Notes: a model not told the origin generated them from the sequence alone. 64,000 nt of DNA from Candidatus Woesebacteria bacterium RIFCSPHIGHO2_02_FULL_42_20 (GCA_001792535.1 MGGS01000002.1:7155-71154), one strand, 5' to 3'. Counted from the stretch's first letter, positions 1 to 9,317 are shown. Made by a program: numbers and translations.

Positions 1-23
1 AACGGTTAGCCTCACAGTATTAT

Positions 24-1631
24 TTGGCGGCTATACTCTTTGTTGCAAATTTTTTGTTTTTTAGTCGTATTCATGAACGCCACTTGTTGCCCTCTCTGGC
101 GTTTGTATCGATTGTCGCAGTCCTGGACTGGAAAATAATGGCTACCTACGTGGTTTTGTCTGCTACTTACGTTTTAAATACACTATATTCCTATACCTGG
201 ATAGTCGACGATTTTAAAAAGATTTTTTCGGATAACCTTATTAAGATATTTATTCTTGGTAACTTGGTATTTTTCGGTGGCCTGCTTGCCCGAAGTTTTA
301 AAAAGAAGGCCGCTCCTTTGCCCAGCATCAGAATACCTGCTATTTTGAAACTGAAGGCTAAAGAAATTAAGTTTAGCGATGTTACTAAAAAGACAACTAC
401 AAAGCTTTTAGTCTTAATTCTTTTGTTGTCGGCAGTCTCGAGAATTTTCTATTTGGATAGCCCGAAGAAGGATTACTTTGACGAAGTCTATCATGCCTTT
501 ACGGCCCGCCAGATGCTGGAGGGAAATAGTTTTGCTTGGGAATGGTGGAACGCTCACCCCGAAGGATTTGCATACGAATGGACACATCCTCCCATGGCAA
601 AGCTCATCATGGCTGCCGGAATGAGTCTGTTTGGGGAAAATCAACTTGGGTGGAGACTTCCCGGAGCCTTATTTGGAGTTATAGCTACGTTATTGGTGTT
701 TTTAGTCACTTTGTCGCTGTTTAAGAATCGAAGCGTCGCTTTGGTTGCCTCGCTTGTTTTTTCACTCGAGGGGTTGCCGCTGACTCTAAGCAGGATAGGA
801 ATGAATGACATTTACTTTCTTACATTTATGTTGCTTTCGATTTATTTATATATAAACGATAACCATTTTGTTTCCAGTTTGTCTTTGGGGATGGCCGCCG
901 CAAGCAAATGGAGTACTTTGTACGCTTTGCCGATTTTTTTAGTGGCCCACTTTGTCTTGAAGAAAAAAATAAAGCCCTCCTATTTGTGGTTTGCGGTTGT
1001 TCCTCCTCTGGTTTATGTGCTGGCCTACTCGCCGCTATTTTTGAGCGCGAAAATCCAAAGAGAGTACGTGGAAAATACAGCTTATAAGAGTCACATAAAT
1101 GAAAAAACCGGTGTGGTTCCGTTTGATATGTTTGTCGATACTCAAAAGCAAATGTGGTGGTATCATACCAGACTTAAAGCAACACACCCTTTTACTTCTC
1201 CCTGGTGGAGTTGGCCAGTGATGAGTCGGCCTGTTTGGGTTTATGGCGGGGAAGTGAAAAACGGCATAGTCAGCAACATTTACATAATGGGAAATCCGAT
1301 TGTTTTTTGGTTTGGTTTAGCCTCGGTGGCAATTTGTGGATATTATGCTTTTTCCGAGCGGAATAAAAAGCTGGGGTTGGTTGTTTTTTCCTATGTAATA
1401 TTTTTTGCGCCGTGGGCTGCAAGTCCGCGAATTATGTTTTTGTATCATTATCTGCCGTCAATTCCGTTTATGGCGATTGCAATCGGTTACGTTCTAAGAC
1501 GAAACCAAAAATATTTAATTCCGATGTTGGCGTTGTTTATTTTGAGCTTCGTTTATTTTTACCCGCGCTTTTCGGGTTTACCGGTTCCTGTTCAATTAAA
1601 CGAATCTTATAGATGGTTTGAAGGATGGTAA
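24..1631 (+). CDS. GT-C glycosyltransferase, PMT/ArnT-like (putative protein O-mannosyltransferase); frame open to window start so true 5' end may lie upstream
   Basis: 535-aa polytopic membrane protein; first extracytoplasmic loop carries the PMT/ArnT DE motif (KKDYFDEVYHAFTARQ) followed by many TM helices; no in-frame stop between nt 3 and 24. Confidence 0.6.
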   Translation: MAAILFVANFLFFSRIHERHLLPSLAFVSIVAVLDWKIMATYVVLSATYVLNTLYSYTWIVDDFKKIFSDNLIKIFILGNLVFFGGLLARSFKKKAAPLPSIRIPAILKLKAKEIKFSDVTKKTTTKLLVLILLLSAVSRIFYLDSPKKDYFDEVYHAFTARQMLEGNSFAWEWWNAHPEGFAYEWTHPPMAKLIMAAGMSLFGENQLGWRLPGALFGVIATLLVFLVTLSLFKNRSVALVASLVFSLEGLPLTLSRIGMNDIYFLTFMLLSIYLYINDNHFVSSLSLGMAAASKWSTLYALPIFLVAHFVLKKKIKPSYLWFAVVPPLVYVLAYSPLFLSAKIQREYVENTAYKSHINEKTGVVPFDMFVDTQKQMWWYHTRLKATHPFTSPWWSWPVMSRPVWVYGGEVKNGIVSNIYIMGNPIVFWFGLASVAICGYYAFSERNKKLGLVVFSYVIFFAPWAASPRIMFLYHYLPSIPFMAIAIGYVLRRNQKYLIPMLALFILSFVYFYPRFSGLPVPVQLNESYRWFEGW

Positions 1632-1634
1632 AGT

Positions 1635-2105
1635 TTATAACACTAATGCTATTGCGAAGATAAGCAGCAGTCCTCCAAGGCCGATGCCGATTAATGTCGG
1701 TGCAGCTATTCCGGCTTCGGGAAGTTCCGGTTGGGGTGTGGAATCTATCCCTCCGATCGGCGGTTGTGTAGGCGAATTTGTAGGTGTGTTAGTCGGGTTC
1801 GGCGTACTGGTTGCATTAGAGGTCGGCGTTGGAGTTGGCGACGACGTTGGCGTGCTTGTTGGTGTACCTGTCGGCGTTGGGGTGGAAAGCGTGAATGCCA
1901 ACTTGGTACAAGATCCGTATTCACAGGGTGTAGGCTGCGGCGTTTCGCCGAAGGCTTCTGGTTGGCTTGTCGGGGCGGTCGGCGCTACGGGTTCGCCTCT
2001 TAAACTGTAAAGTCTTAATGCCGTAAAGATTGCAACTCCTGCCAAGACGATGGTGGCGACGACGATAGCAAAGGTTAATCCGTTTTTCTTCAAAAAGTCT
2101 TTCAT
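1635..2105 (-). CDS. small secreted/anchored protein: N-terminal signal/TM, Pro/Thr-rich linker, C-terminal LPEAG + hydrophobic segment (sortase-signal-like)
   Basis: 156 aa; TPTPTGTPTSTPTSSPTPTPTS low-complexity tract shared with the next two genes; C-terminus ELPEAG then IAAPTLIGIGLGGLLLIFAIALVL; the overlapping + strand ORFs 1618-2010 and 1731-2003 look like antisense shadows. Confidence 0.5.
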   Translation of the reverse strand: MKDFLKKNGLTFAIVVATIVLAGVAIFTALRLYSLRGEPVAPTAPTSQPEAFGETPQPTPCEYGSCTKLAFTLSTPTPTGTPTSTPTSSPTPTPTSNATSTPNPTNTPTNSPTQPPIGGIDSTPQPELPEAGIAAPTLIGIGLGGLLLIFAIALVL

Positions 2106-2106
2106 A

Positions 2107-3369
2107 TCACATCCAAATGTCTAATTCATTATGATGGACTTGGGCGTATATTTCAAAACTGTAAACTCCGCTAGGGACTTCGTATATATAATAGAATTCC
2201 TCAGACCCTGGCCTTTTATCGGTCACTTCACCGTCCCAGTCTGTTGAATTAACCCTAAATCTTGCTTTATCCACCAGCCCTTGTGAAGTTGTACCCAAAA
2301 CTGTAAAGTAGATCTTATCCCCGCTTTCAAGGTTTTCCAGGTTGTCGTTGGTCAAGGCTGTCCAATTTGTGGCAACCGTTACACTTCCTGTTACCGAGTA
2401 AGCTTGGACTTGGCTACACCCGACTTCAATACAGGCGTTCGGAGGTGTACTTGTGGGAGTAGGTGTGGGGGTCGGTGTCGGGGTACTTGTTGGGGTACCT
2501 GTCGGCGTGGCGGTCGGTGTGCTGCAGTTTGGCGGGTAGTGTTCACCGGCTATTCTTCCGGTGCCCGTGACGTCGACGTACATCAGGGTAATATCGGGAG
2601 TAAGGTCTCCCTGCCATTCTTGTGTCGTGCTTTCGCCTGGGGTGAGCGAAAATTCTTTTTTAAAGTACGGATCAAACTGTTCGAAAATACCTGAAACGTT
2701 TTGATTGGATGTATTTTTGATGTAGCCCCCGCTACAGTCTACTTTGGTTTCAAGCTCCGGCGGTGCGGGTGTCTCTTTTGGCCCGTAGTTGCCACTGTCA
2801 CTGCAATCTTTTGACCCTATTACCTGCCAACTAAAACCGTCATCGGGGACAGAAACATTGCCCAATGTTGCGGAGTCTCCGGCGTTAAGATTTGGAACGT
2901 CAAGAGTTGCTACCTCTACCGAATTTATATAAATTTTTGCCAGTTGTAGCGGCTCATTGCGGTTTGACTCGTTTTTGACGGTGACTACACCGTCTTGGTT
3001 GACTTCAAAGTTGTATTTATCACAATCCCAGGCGCTTGTGCGAAATTGTGCAGGCTGTCTTACAAGTACCACTCCGGCACCAACCCCAAGCACAAGAAGT
3101 GCTATCCCCAGAATTGTCGCTAAAATTTTTGCTTTTGGCCTACCGTGTTCCGAGGAAGACTGTGTGTTATCAGCGATCACTGTATGGTTGTCATCCGGAG
3201 CAATATTGCCTTCTGCGAGATCAGCTACAGAGAGGGAAGCCGGTCCCGGCTGGTCAGTTGTATCCTGCTGTTGCTGATCGCTCTGTGGCGCGGTCGGCGG
3301 AGGCGTCATGAAACCGGCATTGTCCTGGTTAGTCATTTGATCTGTTGGTGGGGTTGTTTTGGGATCCAT
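2107..3369 (-). CDS. membrane-anchored extracellular protein with Q/T/D-rich N-terminus and Pro/Thr-rich linker; function unknown
   Basis: 420 aa; single TM (ILATILGIALLVLGVGAGVVLV); TATPTGTPTSTPTPTPTPTPTSTPP linker; start ATG overlaps upstream stop (TAATG). Confidence 0.55.
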   Translation of the reverse strand: MDPKTTPPTDQMTNQDNAGFMTPPPTAPQSDQQQQDTTDQPGPASLSVADLAEGNIAPDDNHTVIADNTQSSSEHGRPKAKILATILGIALLVLGVGAGVVLVRQPAQFRTSAWDCDKYNFEVNQDGVVTVKNESNRNEPLQLAKIYINSVEVATLDVPNLNAGDSATLGNVSVPDDGFSWQVIGSKDCSDSGNYGPKETPAPPELETKVDCSGGYIKNTSNQNVSGIFEQFDPYFKKEFSLTPGESTTQEWQGDLTPDITLMYVDVTGTGRIAGEHYPPNCSTPTATPTGTPTSTPTPTPTPTPTSTPPNACIEVGCSQVQAYSVTGSVTVATNWTALTNDNLENLESGDKIYFTVLGTTSQGLVDKARFRVNSTDWDGEVTDKRPGSEEFYYIYEVPSGVYSFEIYAQVHHNELDIWM

Positions 3370-4415
3370 TAATCTTTTATTTTTCTACCTACATAAACGC
3401 CTACCAAAAATAGGCTTACTCCCATGATAGGTGCGATAAAAACTGGTGTCAAGTCGCGAGATGGACCGTTTGCTTGTACTTGTTGCGTCTTTGATGGTGT
3501 AATTACCGAAAAAGAGCCGCTGCTGTCTTTATCGAGTTTCTCGAACATCGGCTCGGGAGTCGGTGTGCCAGTTGGGGTCGGGGCGACGGTTTCCTCTACC
3601 TGCTCACTTTCTTCAGTCGAAAACCCTGAAGGTTGGAACGTGTTTGCTGAAAGGTTGATCTTTGCTCTGGTTATTTCAGGCGGTGCGACAATTGATTTGT
3701 CTCTAAAGTCTTGAGCTTTTCCGATCACAATAGGCGGGATTGGGTTTATATTGTCGGCATCAACGTTAGCGGAAGCAATTCCTTCTAATCCGGCATGGAC
3801 AAAAATAGTAAGCTCGGGCTGCTCGCTGACCGTAAAGTAAGAAAGCAAATTTTCAGTTCTCGATATTGACAGGGGTACAAACCAGTTACCGCTTTCCGAA
3901 GTGGTTGTTGCAAGCGGACTCAGGTGATCCCCGGTTACAAGTACCAGCGCCTTTGCAACAGGCAGGCCGCTTTCGGTGGTAACCAAGCCCGAAATTATTT
4001 GAGAATGTTTGGGTGGTGGTTGCACCGGTGCCGTTTTAGTCAGCCAAAGATTGCCGGCATTGTCAAACTCTATTCCTCCCGAGATTATTTTAAATGAATA
4101 AGCCGTTTCCGGATGAAGGTTGGTGATGGTAATATAGTGGATCATCTCAAAACTTTGAGGGTTGTTACCTGTTACGTTTTCAAGTTGATTTGCTTTACCC
4201 CAGACTAAAAAATCACTTGTTTTTGTATTAGTAAGCCATGAAACAGTAAATGAGTTTTCGGTTATATTTGTAATCCTGACATCTTGTGGTGTAACTCCTT
4301 CCGGGACTTGCACCGAGTAGTCTCGAAAATAATTTATAAAGTAAAGTGCGCCGATGAAAACTACAAAAATGAGCGGTAGTGCCAAGACTGTAGGTATCTT
4401 GAAAGGTTTCCTCAT
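3369..4415 (-). CDS. membrane protein with fibronectin type III-like domain, PT linker and C-terminal TM + basic tail
   Basis: 348 aa; N-terminal TM; Fn3-like segment (TNITENSFTVSWLT...TAYSFKI); APTPTGTPTPEP linker; C-terminal IAPIMGVSLFLVGVYVGRKIKD. Confidence 0.55.
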   Translation of the reverse strand: MRKPFKIPTVLALPLIFVVFIGALYFINYFRDYSVQVPEGVTPQDVRITNITENSFTVSWLTNTKTSDFLVWGKANQLENVTGNNPQSFEMIHYITITNLHPETAYSFKIISGGIEFDNAGNLWLTKTAPVQPPPKHSQIISGLVTTESGLPVAKALVLVTGDHLSPLATTTSESGNWFVPLSISRTENLLSYFTVSEQPELTIFVHAGLEGIASANVDADNINPIPPIVIGKAQDFRDKSIVAPPEITRAKINLSANTFQPSGFSTEESEQVEETVAPTPTGTPTPEPMFEKLDKDSSGSFSVITPSKTQQVQANGPSRDLTPVFIAPIMGVSLFLVGVYVGRKIKD

Positions 4416-4418
4416 TTG

Positions 4419-4724
4419 TCAAACTTTTGACTCTTCGCTTACTTCTTCAGGTTCAACTGTTGCTGGCGGCGGTGCTTGAATTGGGACTGGCTCTATCTCA
4501 AATTTGTCTATTTCCTCTTCACTTAAATAAACTCTTCCCTGAAGTTTGTCCAATTGGGCCGCGTCCAGAGTGGGGTTAAGTTCTTTAAGAACCTCCGCGG
4601 GTACATCTGGATTTGGTTTGGCTATGACAATTCGTATAACTTCGAATCCGACCCATAAAATTGCCGTAATCAATGTCAAGGCCATAATTGTGACTAGTCC
4701 GGGTACTTTAATTCTTTTTCTCAT
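4419..4724 (-). CDS. small single-pass membrane protein (pilus-assembly accessory?)
   Basis: 101 aa; TM helix then acidic Pro-rich tail; translationally coupled to flanking genes (overlapping stop/start). Confidence 0.45.
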   Translation of the reverse strand: MRKRIKVPGLVTIMALTLITAILWVGFEVIRIVIAKPNPDVPAEVLKELNPTLDAAQLDKLQGRVYLSEEEIDKFEIEPVPIQAPPPATVEPEEVSEESKV

Positions 4725-5392
4725 TGTTGGGTGTCATCTCCTTCGTAGACGACTCTTCCTTTAATAGACAAAGATATCAAGTTGCCCTCAGCAGTTTCCC
4801 GTAAGCTAAAGTTTGTTTCGTCTAACCAGATAGGGCGTCTTAAACCCTCGACATTTTGAAGGAAGGTTACTAAGTCAGAGTAACTACCGTTGGCGGACAT
4901 GGTTACAGAAAAGCCTTTTGATCCGGCAGGAAGTGGGGCGAGTTCTTCGTTTCTGGATTTTTGTACCGACCCCTCGCTTCCCTTGAGAACTGTGCCTTCT
5001 ATTTTCAGATTTGTTAGCGTGACAGAATATTTGCTGGAAATCGAACTAATTTGCCGTATATAGTCTTCGACCTGTGCATTTTCGGGAACGGCAGTAGACA
5101 AAAGCAAAATCCGGTCCACTTCTTGGTTATAGAGGTCCTGGGCGAGACCTAAGTCCTCAGTTTTTTGTTTTAATGTAGTTAAAATAGTTTGTTTGGAATC
5201 TATGTCCTTTAGTATTTGTGTAATAGTAACAATCGTCGGCTTTAACGCGAAAATAACAAAGAATGTAACAGTTGCAAGAGACATGATTATCTCCAAAAAC
5301 GCTTTTACGTCGTCTCTGTTTTTGTAAACAGCAAAAAGATTCAAAAAGTACCGCTGATACCTTAAATAGTCTTTTCTCCAGCCCACTGCCAT
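4721..5392 (-). CDS. PilO-like type IV pilus inner-membrane assembly protein (tentative)
   Basis: 223 aa; short cytoplasmic N-terminus, one TM, coiled-coil segment, C-terminal ferredoxin-like region; directly follows the PilN-like gene with adjacent stop/start. Confidence 0.45.
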   Translation of the reverse strand: MAVGWRKDYLRYQRYFLNLFAVYKNRDDVKAFLEIIMSLATVTFFVIFALKPTIVTITQILKDIDSKQTILTTLKQKTEDLGLAQDLYNQEVDRILLLSTAVPENAQVEDYIRQISSISSKYSVTLTNLKIEGTVLKGSEGSVQKSRNEELAPLPAGSKGFSVTMSANGSYSDLVTFLQNVEGLRRPIWLDETNFSLRETAEGNLISLSIKGRVVYEGDDTQQ

Positions 5393-5983
5393 TTAGATAG
5401 TTCCTCCTTCATTTAATATTGAACTTATCGAAAATTCAATAAACGGCGACTCGTTTTTAGATGATACTTGGGTAAGTTTTACATCCTTTAGTTTGCCAGC
5501 CGAGTTTAAATTTGAAATTAGCTGGGCAATAGACTGCTCTGTAAAACTTGACCCTTGGATTCGCACTTCACTGTAGGTGAGGGTGATACTTTTAAGAAAA
5601 ACATCAGACGGAAGGTAGGGTGTGATATAGTTTTTTACTAAGTCAAATTGCGCAGGATTTGCGCTAAATTGCGAAAATACCCCGAGTTTTTTCTGTGTTT
5701 GTCTGAAGACTTTTTCAAAATTGCTATACGACTCCACAATTTCTTTTTGATTTTCAACCTCGTCAGTCAAGTCGCTAGAACGGATATCTAGCCAGAATCT
5801 GGATAGAAAGGCAATTATTACTACCATTTCCGTCAAGATGACAATCAATCTGAAAGTAGAGAGCACCCAGGCTAAGACACGGCCTGTGGTTGTCGTAGCA
5901 AATTGTTCTTGGGGCAGCAGATTTATTTCTTTAGTTTTTTTCTTTTGAGCAGCCATAATAGTATCCAATTTCCAATATAGCAC
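5393..5983 (-). CDS. PilN-like type IV pilus assembly protein
   Basis: 196 aa; N-terminal KEINLLPQEQ motif typical of the PilN cytoplasmic peptide, then one TM and a periplasmic-type domain; start may be GTG 5983 or internal ATG ~5956. Confidence 0.55.
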   Translation of the reverse strand: MLYWKLDTIMAAQKKKTKEINLLPQEQFATTTTGRVLAWVLSTFRLIVILTEMVVIIAFLSRFWLDIRSSDLTDEVENQKEIVESYSNFEKVFRQTQKKLGVFSQFSANPAQFDLVKNYITPYLPSDVFLKSITLTYSEVRIQGSSFTEQSIAQLISNLNSAGKLKDVKLTQVSSKNESPFIEFSISSILNEGGTI

Positions 5984-6010
5984 ATTAAAAGAGGTGAAAT
6001 AAATGAAGAA

Positions 6011-6286
6011 CTACCTCTTTTTGGGAGATTTGGATTTTTTGGCTGTGGGTCTTTTAGGCAACAACCTTGACAGCAAAGATTTTATATGCGCTGCCTTGTT
6101 TTTGTGGATTATTTTTTTCTTGGCCACACGGTCTACCATGGAAAAAGCTGCAATCAGATCCTTTTCTTTTTTACTTTTTCTGGCAGTTCTAAGCAATACT
6201 TCCAGTTTGGTGATGGACACTTTGTTATTGCTTTCCTTGCGTTTACTTGACCTCAGAGCTCTTTTTGCGGTTTTGGTTACCGGCAT
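6011..6286 (-). CDS. lysine-rich basic protein (histone H1-like / nucleoid-associated?), candidate first gene of the pil/surface operon
   Basis: 91 aa from ATG 6286; 30% Lys/Arg; purine-rich first codon positions (RNY); preceded by TTGAAA-17nt-TATACT-7nt-ATG (leaderless-type promoter); the longer track ORF to 6613 runs antisense into murJ and is rejected; the competing + ORF 6003-6293 is its antisense. Confidence 0.35.
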   Translation of the reverse strand: MPVTKTAKRALRSSKRKESNNKVSITKLEVLLRTARKSKKEKDLIAAFSMVDRVAKKKIIHKNKAAHIKSLLSRLLPKRPTAKKSKSPKKR

Positions 6287-6323
6287 GGCGTAAAGTATAA
6301 TTGACAATGTATCATATTTCAAC

Positions 6324-8027
6324 ATGGATAAGATAATAAAAAAAGGTAAGCAAATATTTTTCTCTCCGCAATCAAGTGTCATCTCTGCGGCAACGACAAT
6401 AATGCTGATGATAGTTGCTTCGAGAATTTTAGGGCTGGTAAGGCAGCGGGTACTCGCACATTTTTTTGTGCCCGAGGACTTATCGCTTTTTTTTGCTGCA
6501 TTTCGGCTTCCCGACCTGATTTTTGAAGTTCTTGTTTTTGGTACGTTTTCGTCGGCTTTTATTCCCGTTTTCACAAAATCGCTTAAAAAAGGTGAATCGG
6601 AAGCCTGGGACACGGCCGCAAGAGTGGTTAATATTGGTCTGATTATTTTTATACCCCTAGCTCTTATCTTTTCTTTTAAGGCAGATTTGGTTTATTCTTA
6701 TATGGCCCCAGGGTTTACGCTAGAGCAGACTCACACAATTGCCGCTATCGCGCGAGTTTTATTTGCTGCCCAGGCATTTTTTGTGGTTAGCTACGTGCTG
6801 ACGGGTGTTTTGGAATCGCTGAGGATTTTTCTTGTTCCGGCGCTCGCGCCGGTTTTTTATAACTTGGGGATAATTGCCGGAACAGTTGCTTTTTCGAATA
6901 GCCTTGGGCTTATGGCACCTGCTGTTGGTGTTCTTATTGGTGCGGCATTCCACTTTTTGATTCAGTTGCCTGCTTCAATTAAGTTGGGTTTTAGATTTGG
7001 CAGTCAGGTAAAGCCCAACGCTGACGTCAAGAAGATAGGCCGTCTTGCCCTACCAAGAGTTGTCGATTTGTCTTTCCAGCAAATTGCCAAGACGGTCGAG
7101 CTTTACTTTGCTTCGTTGCTGTCTGTGTCGAGTTACACGTATTTTACTTTTGCCAACACTTTACAGCTTTTGCCTGTTGGCCTTTTTGGTACTTCGGTTG
7201 CCAAAGCTGCGCTTCCGACTCTTGCAAGGATGGATAATGACTTGGAGAAATTTAGAAAAACCTTGTTTTCGGTATTCGCACAAATGGTGTTTTTAATTAC
7301 TCCACTTGCGGTTATGCTGATCGTTTTGCGTATCCCTTTTGTCCGTTTGGTCTACGGAACAGATATTTTTGGTTGGGAAGCAACGGTACAGACGGGAATG
7401 GTTTTGTCGGCCTTTGGTGTAGGGATTGTTTTTCAGGCTGCAACGGCTCTTTTTTCGCGTGCATTTTATGCGCTTCACGACACCAAAACTCCCGTTTTTG
7501 TGTCTATCGGTAGCATCTTTATTAACGTCGTTGCAAGTTTTTATTTCATCCGAGTTCTTGGTCTTGATATCTGGTCGCTTGCAGCGGCTTTTTCTCTGTC
7601 CACGACTGTTCAGTCGATTGTGCTTTTTTATATGCTGATTAAGAAGATTAATCACGCAAACACAAGGAGTCTTTTTCTACCCTTATTAAAGGTTTTAACT
7701 TCGGCTTCGGTTTCCGGGTTTGTGATGTATTTTTTGCTTAAGTTTTTTGATCGTTACACCTGGGTTAAACGCCTTTCGTTTTTGGGTAAGCTGGACGCCG
7801 AGCAAATCGCGTTTGAAAAATTTGTTCTTGACACACGCTATACTTTAAATCTGTTATTTCTGACTGTGGGCGTGAGCGTAATTGGCTTAGTGGTCTACGT
7901 TTTTGTGGCATGGTTACTAAGGTCTTACGAACTCAAAATTTTTGTGGGCTTAGTTAAAAGGTTTTTGTCGAAAAGTACCGCTCTGCGGGAGCCAATTACT
8001 GGCCCGGATGCTGATTCAATTTCTTGA
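6324..8027 (+). CDS. murJ: lipid II flippase MurJ (MviN)
   Basis: 567 aa, 14-TM profile; N-terminal ASRILGLVRQRVLAHFFV and FGTFSSAFIPVF signatures of MurJ/MviN. Confidence 0.9.
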   Translation: MDKIIKKGKQIFFSPQSSVISAATTIMLMIVASRILGLVRQRVLAHFFVPEDLSLFFAAFRLPDLIFEVLVFGTFSSAFIPVFTKSLKKGESEAWDTAARVVNIGLIIFIPLALIFSFKADLVYSYMAPGFTLEQTHTIAAIARVLFAAQAFFVVSYVLTGVLESLRIFLVPALAPVFYNLGIIAGTVAFSNSLGLMAPAVGVLIGAAFHFLIQLPASIKLGFRFGSQVKPNADVKKIGRLALPRVVDLSFQQIAKTVELYFASLLSVSSYTYFTFANTLQLLPVGLFGTSVAKAALPTLARMDNDLEKFRKTLFSVFAQMVFLITPLAVMLIVLRIPFVRLVYGTDIFGWEATVQTGMVLSAFGVGIVFQAATALFSRAFYALHDTKTPVFVSIGSIFINVVASFYFIRVLGLDIWSLAAAFSLSTTVQSIVLFYMLIKKINHANTRSLFLPLLKVLTSASVSGFVMYFLLKFFDRYTWVKRLSFLGKLDAEQIAFEKFVLDTRYTLNLLFLTVGVSVIGLVVYVFVAWLLRSYELKIFVGLVKRFLSKSTALREPITGPDADSIS

Positions 8028-8074
8028 CACTAAGACTTGACAACTTGTTAGCACTCGTGGTATATAAGTGCTAA
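8024..8074 (+). promoter_or_regulatory. sigma70-type promoter overlapped by a CIRCE operator (HrcA binding site) for hrcA-grpE-dnaK-dnaJ
   Basis: TTGACA (8037-8042), 17-18 nt, TATATA (8061-8066); inverted repeat TTAGCACTC-N9-AAGTGCTAA at 8048-8074 = CIRCE consensus TTAGCACTC-N9-GAGTGCTAA with one mismatch; lies 39 nt upstream of hrcA. Confidence 0.8.
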
Positions 8075-8112
8075 CCCTTCGACTAATGCTCAGGGTAAAT
8101 TAATATAATTAT

Positions 8113-8844
8113 ATGAAGGATAATTTGACGGCAAGACAGCTGCAATTACTTAAAGTTATTGTCGACGAGTATATCGAATCGGCCGAGCCCGTCGGGTCCC
8201 AAGTTATTGAAAAGAAATACTCACTTGGAATCTCATCGGCAACTATCAGAAACGAGATGGGCGAGCTGGTCGACAAAGGCTTTTTAAAACAACCTCACAC
8301 GTCAGCCGGTCGGGTTCCCACTCCAAAAGCGATGAAGTTTTATATAAGCCAGCTAATGGAAGAAAAACACCTTAGCTTGACCGACGAAGTTCGTGCAAAA
8401 GAAGAGGTATCTTCTTATAAAGGAAACGTCGACAGGATTATTAATGAGGCTACTCACGGACTGGCACGGAGAACTGGGGCATTGGCCGTTTCGGCACTGG
8501 ATGACGGAAGCACTTGGCACGCTGGCTATGCGAGCCTTTTCGGTAATCCCGGATTTTCGGATATGGCTGTGTGCCGAAGTGTATTCGGGTTAATTGAAGA
8601 AAGTAAAAGAATACACGAACTTTTTTTTGAAAGGCTTGAGTCTGGGTCACCGGTTGAGGTTTTGTTTGGCGAGGAGCTCGGCTGGAGATTTTTTGAACCA
8701 GTCGGGGTGGTCGCGAGGCAATTTACTGCGGGCGGGAAAACCGGTGCGATTGGTGTCATTGGCCCGTTGGGATTTGATTATCCGTATATAATACCTACTG
8801 TCAGATATTTCGGTGATCTTATCGAGGAGCTGTCCCTTCAATGA
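8113..8844 (+). CDS. hrcA: heat-inducible transcription repressor HrcA (short form)
   Basis: 243 aa; N-terminal winged-helix LTARQLQLLKVIVDEYIESAEPVGS; C-terminal IGPLGFDYPYIIP motif; stop overlaps grpE start (ATGA). Confidence 0.85.
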   Translation: MKDNLTARQLQLLKVIVDEYIESAEPVGSQVIEKKYSLGISSATIRNEMGELVDKGFLKQPHTSAGRVPTPKAMKFYISQLMEEKHLSLTDEVRAKEEVSSYKGNVDRIINEATHGLARRTGALAVSALDDGSTWHAGYASLFGNPGFSDMAVCRSVFGLIEESKRIHELFFERLESGSPVEVLFGEELGWRFFEPVGVVARQFTAGGKTGAIGVIGPLGFDYPYIIPTVRYFGDLIEELSLQ

Positions 8845-9317
8845 AGAAAGACAAAAAAAGTAAAGATTCGGTGAGCGAGCTCAAGGGACAGCTGGCAAGG
8901 GCTTTGGCTGATTACGATAATTTAAGGAAAAGGGCCGACGAGGAAAAAGATGCACTTTTCAAGTATTCGAGTCAGCGGATAATAGCCGGGCTTTTGCCGA
9001 TTTTGGATATGCTGGAGGCTGCCCAAAAGCATATTAACGATCAAGGTTTGGCGATAGCGATCAAGGAATTTAAAGATTTACTGAGAGAGGAGGGCGTCGA
9101 AGTCATTCCGGCGGGACAAGGTGAGGCTTTTGACGAAGACACACAAGACGTCATAGAAGTTGTCGAAGGTGGAGAGCACGGAAAGATTAAAGAGGCTGTG
9201 CTGGCTGGTTATCGATTTGCCGACGGCCACGTAATAAGGCATGCTAAAGTGAAAGTATACGGTGGATTGACAGAAAGTAAAAAAGGCGAGAATATGAAAA
9301 AGGAGAATAAGGATTAA
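8841..9317 (+). CDS. grpE: nucleotide exchange factor GrpE
   Basis: 158 aa; [19 protein letters not shown] coiled-coil and [16 protein letters not shown]-terminal beta domain. Confidence 0.9.
   Translation: MKKDKKSKDSVSELKGQLARALADYDNLRKRADEEKDALFKYSSQRIIAGLLPILDMLEAAQKHINDQGLAIAIKEFKDLLREEGVEVIPAGQGEAFDEDTQDVIEVVEGGEHGKIKEAVLAGYRFADGHVIRHAKVKVYGGLTESKKGENMKKENKD

Noticed and set aside
1618-2010. Plus-strand ORFs 1618-2010 and 1731-2003 (Gly/Val-rich and Arg/Cys-rich)
   Set aside because: Antisense shadows of the Pro/Thr-repeat gene; the minus frame shares its PT-linker with two neighbouring minus-strand genes and ends in a sorting-signal-like motif
3369-4415. C-terminal TM + RKIKD tail of the Fn3-like protein as a sortase/exosortase signal
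   Set aside because: No LPXTG/PEP/PGF-type motif precedes the hydrophobic segment, so it may simply be a C-terminal membrane anchor
6011-6613. 200-aa version of the lysine-rich ORF
   Set aside because: Its N-terminal 109 codons run antisense across the murJ promoter and 5' coding region; only the 91-aa part from ATG 6286 is plausible
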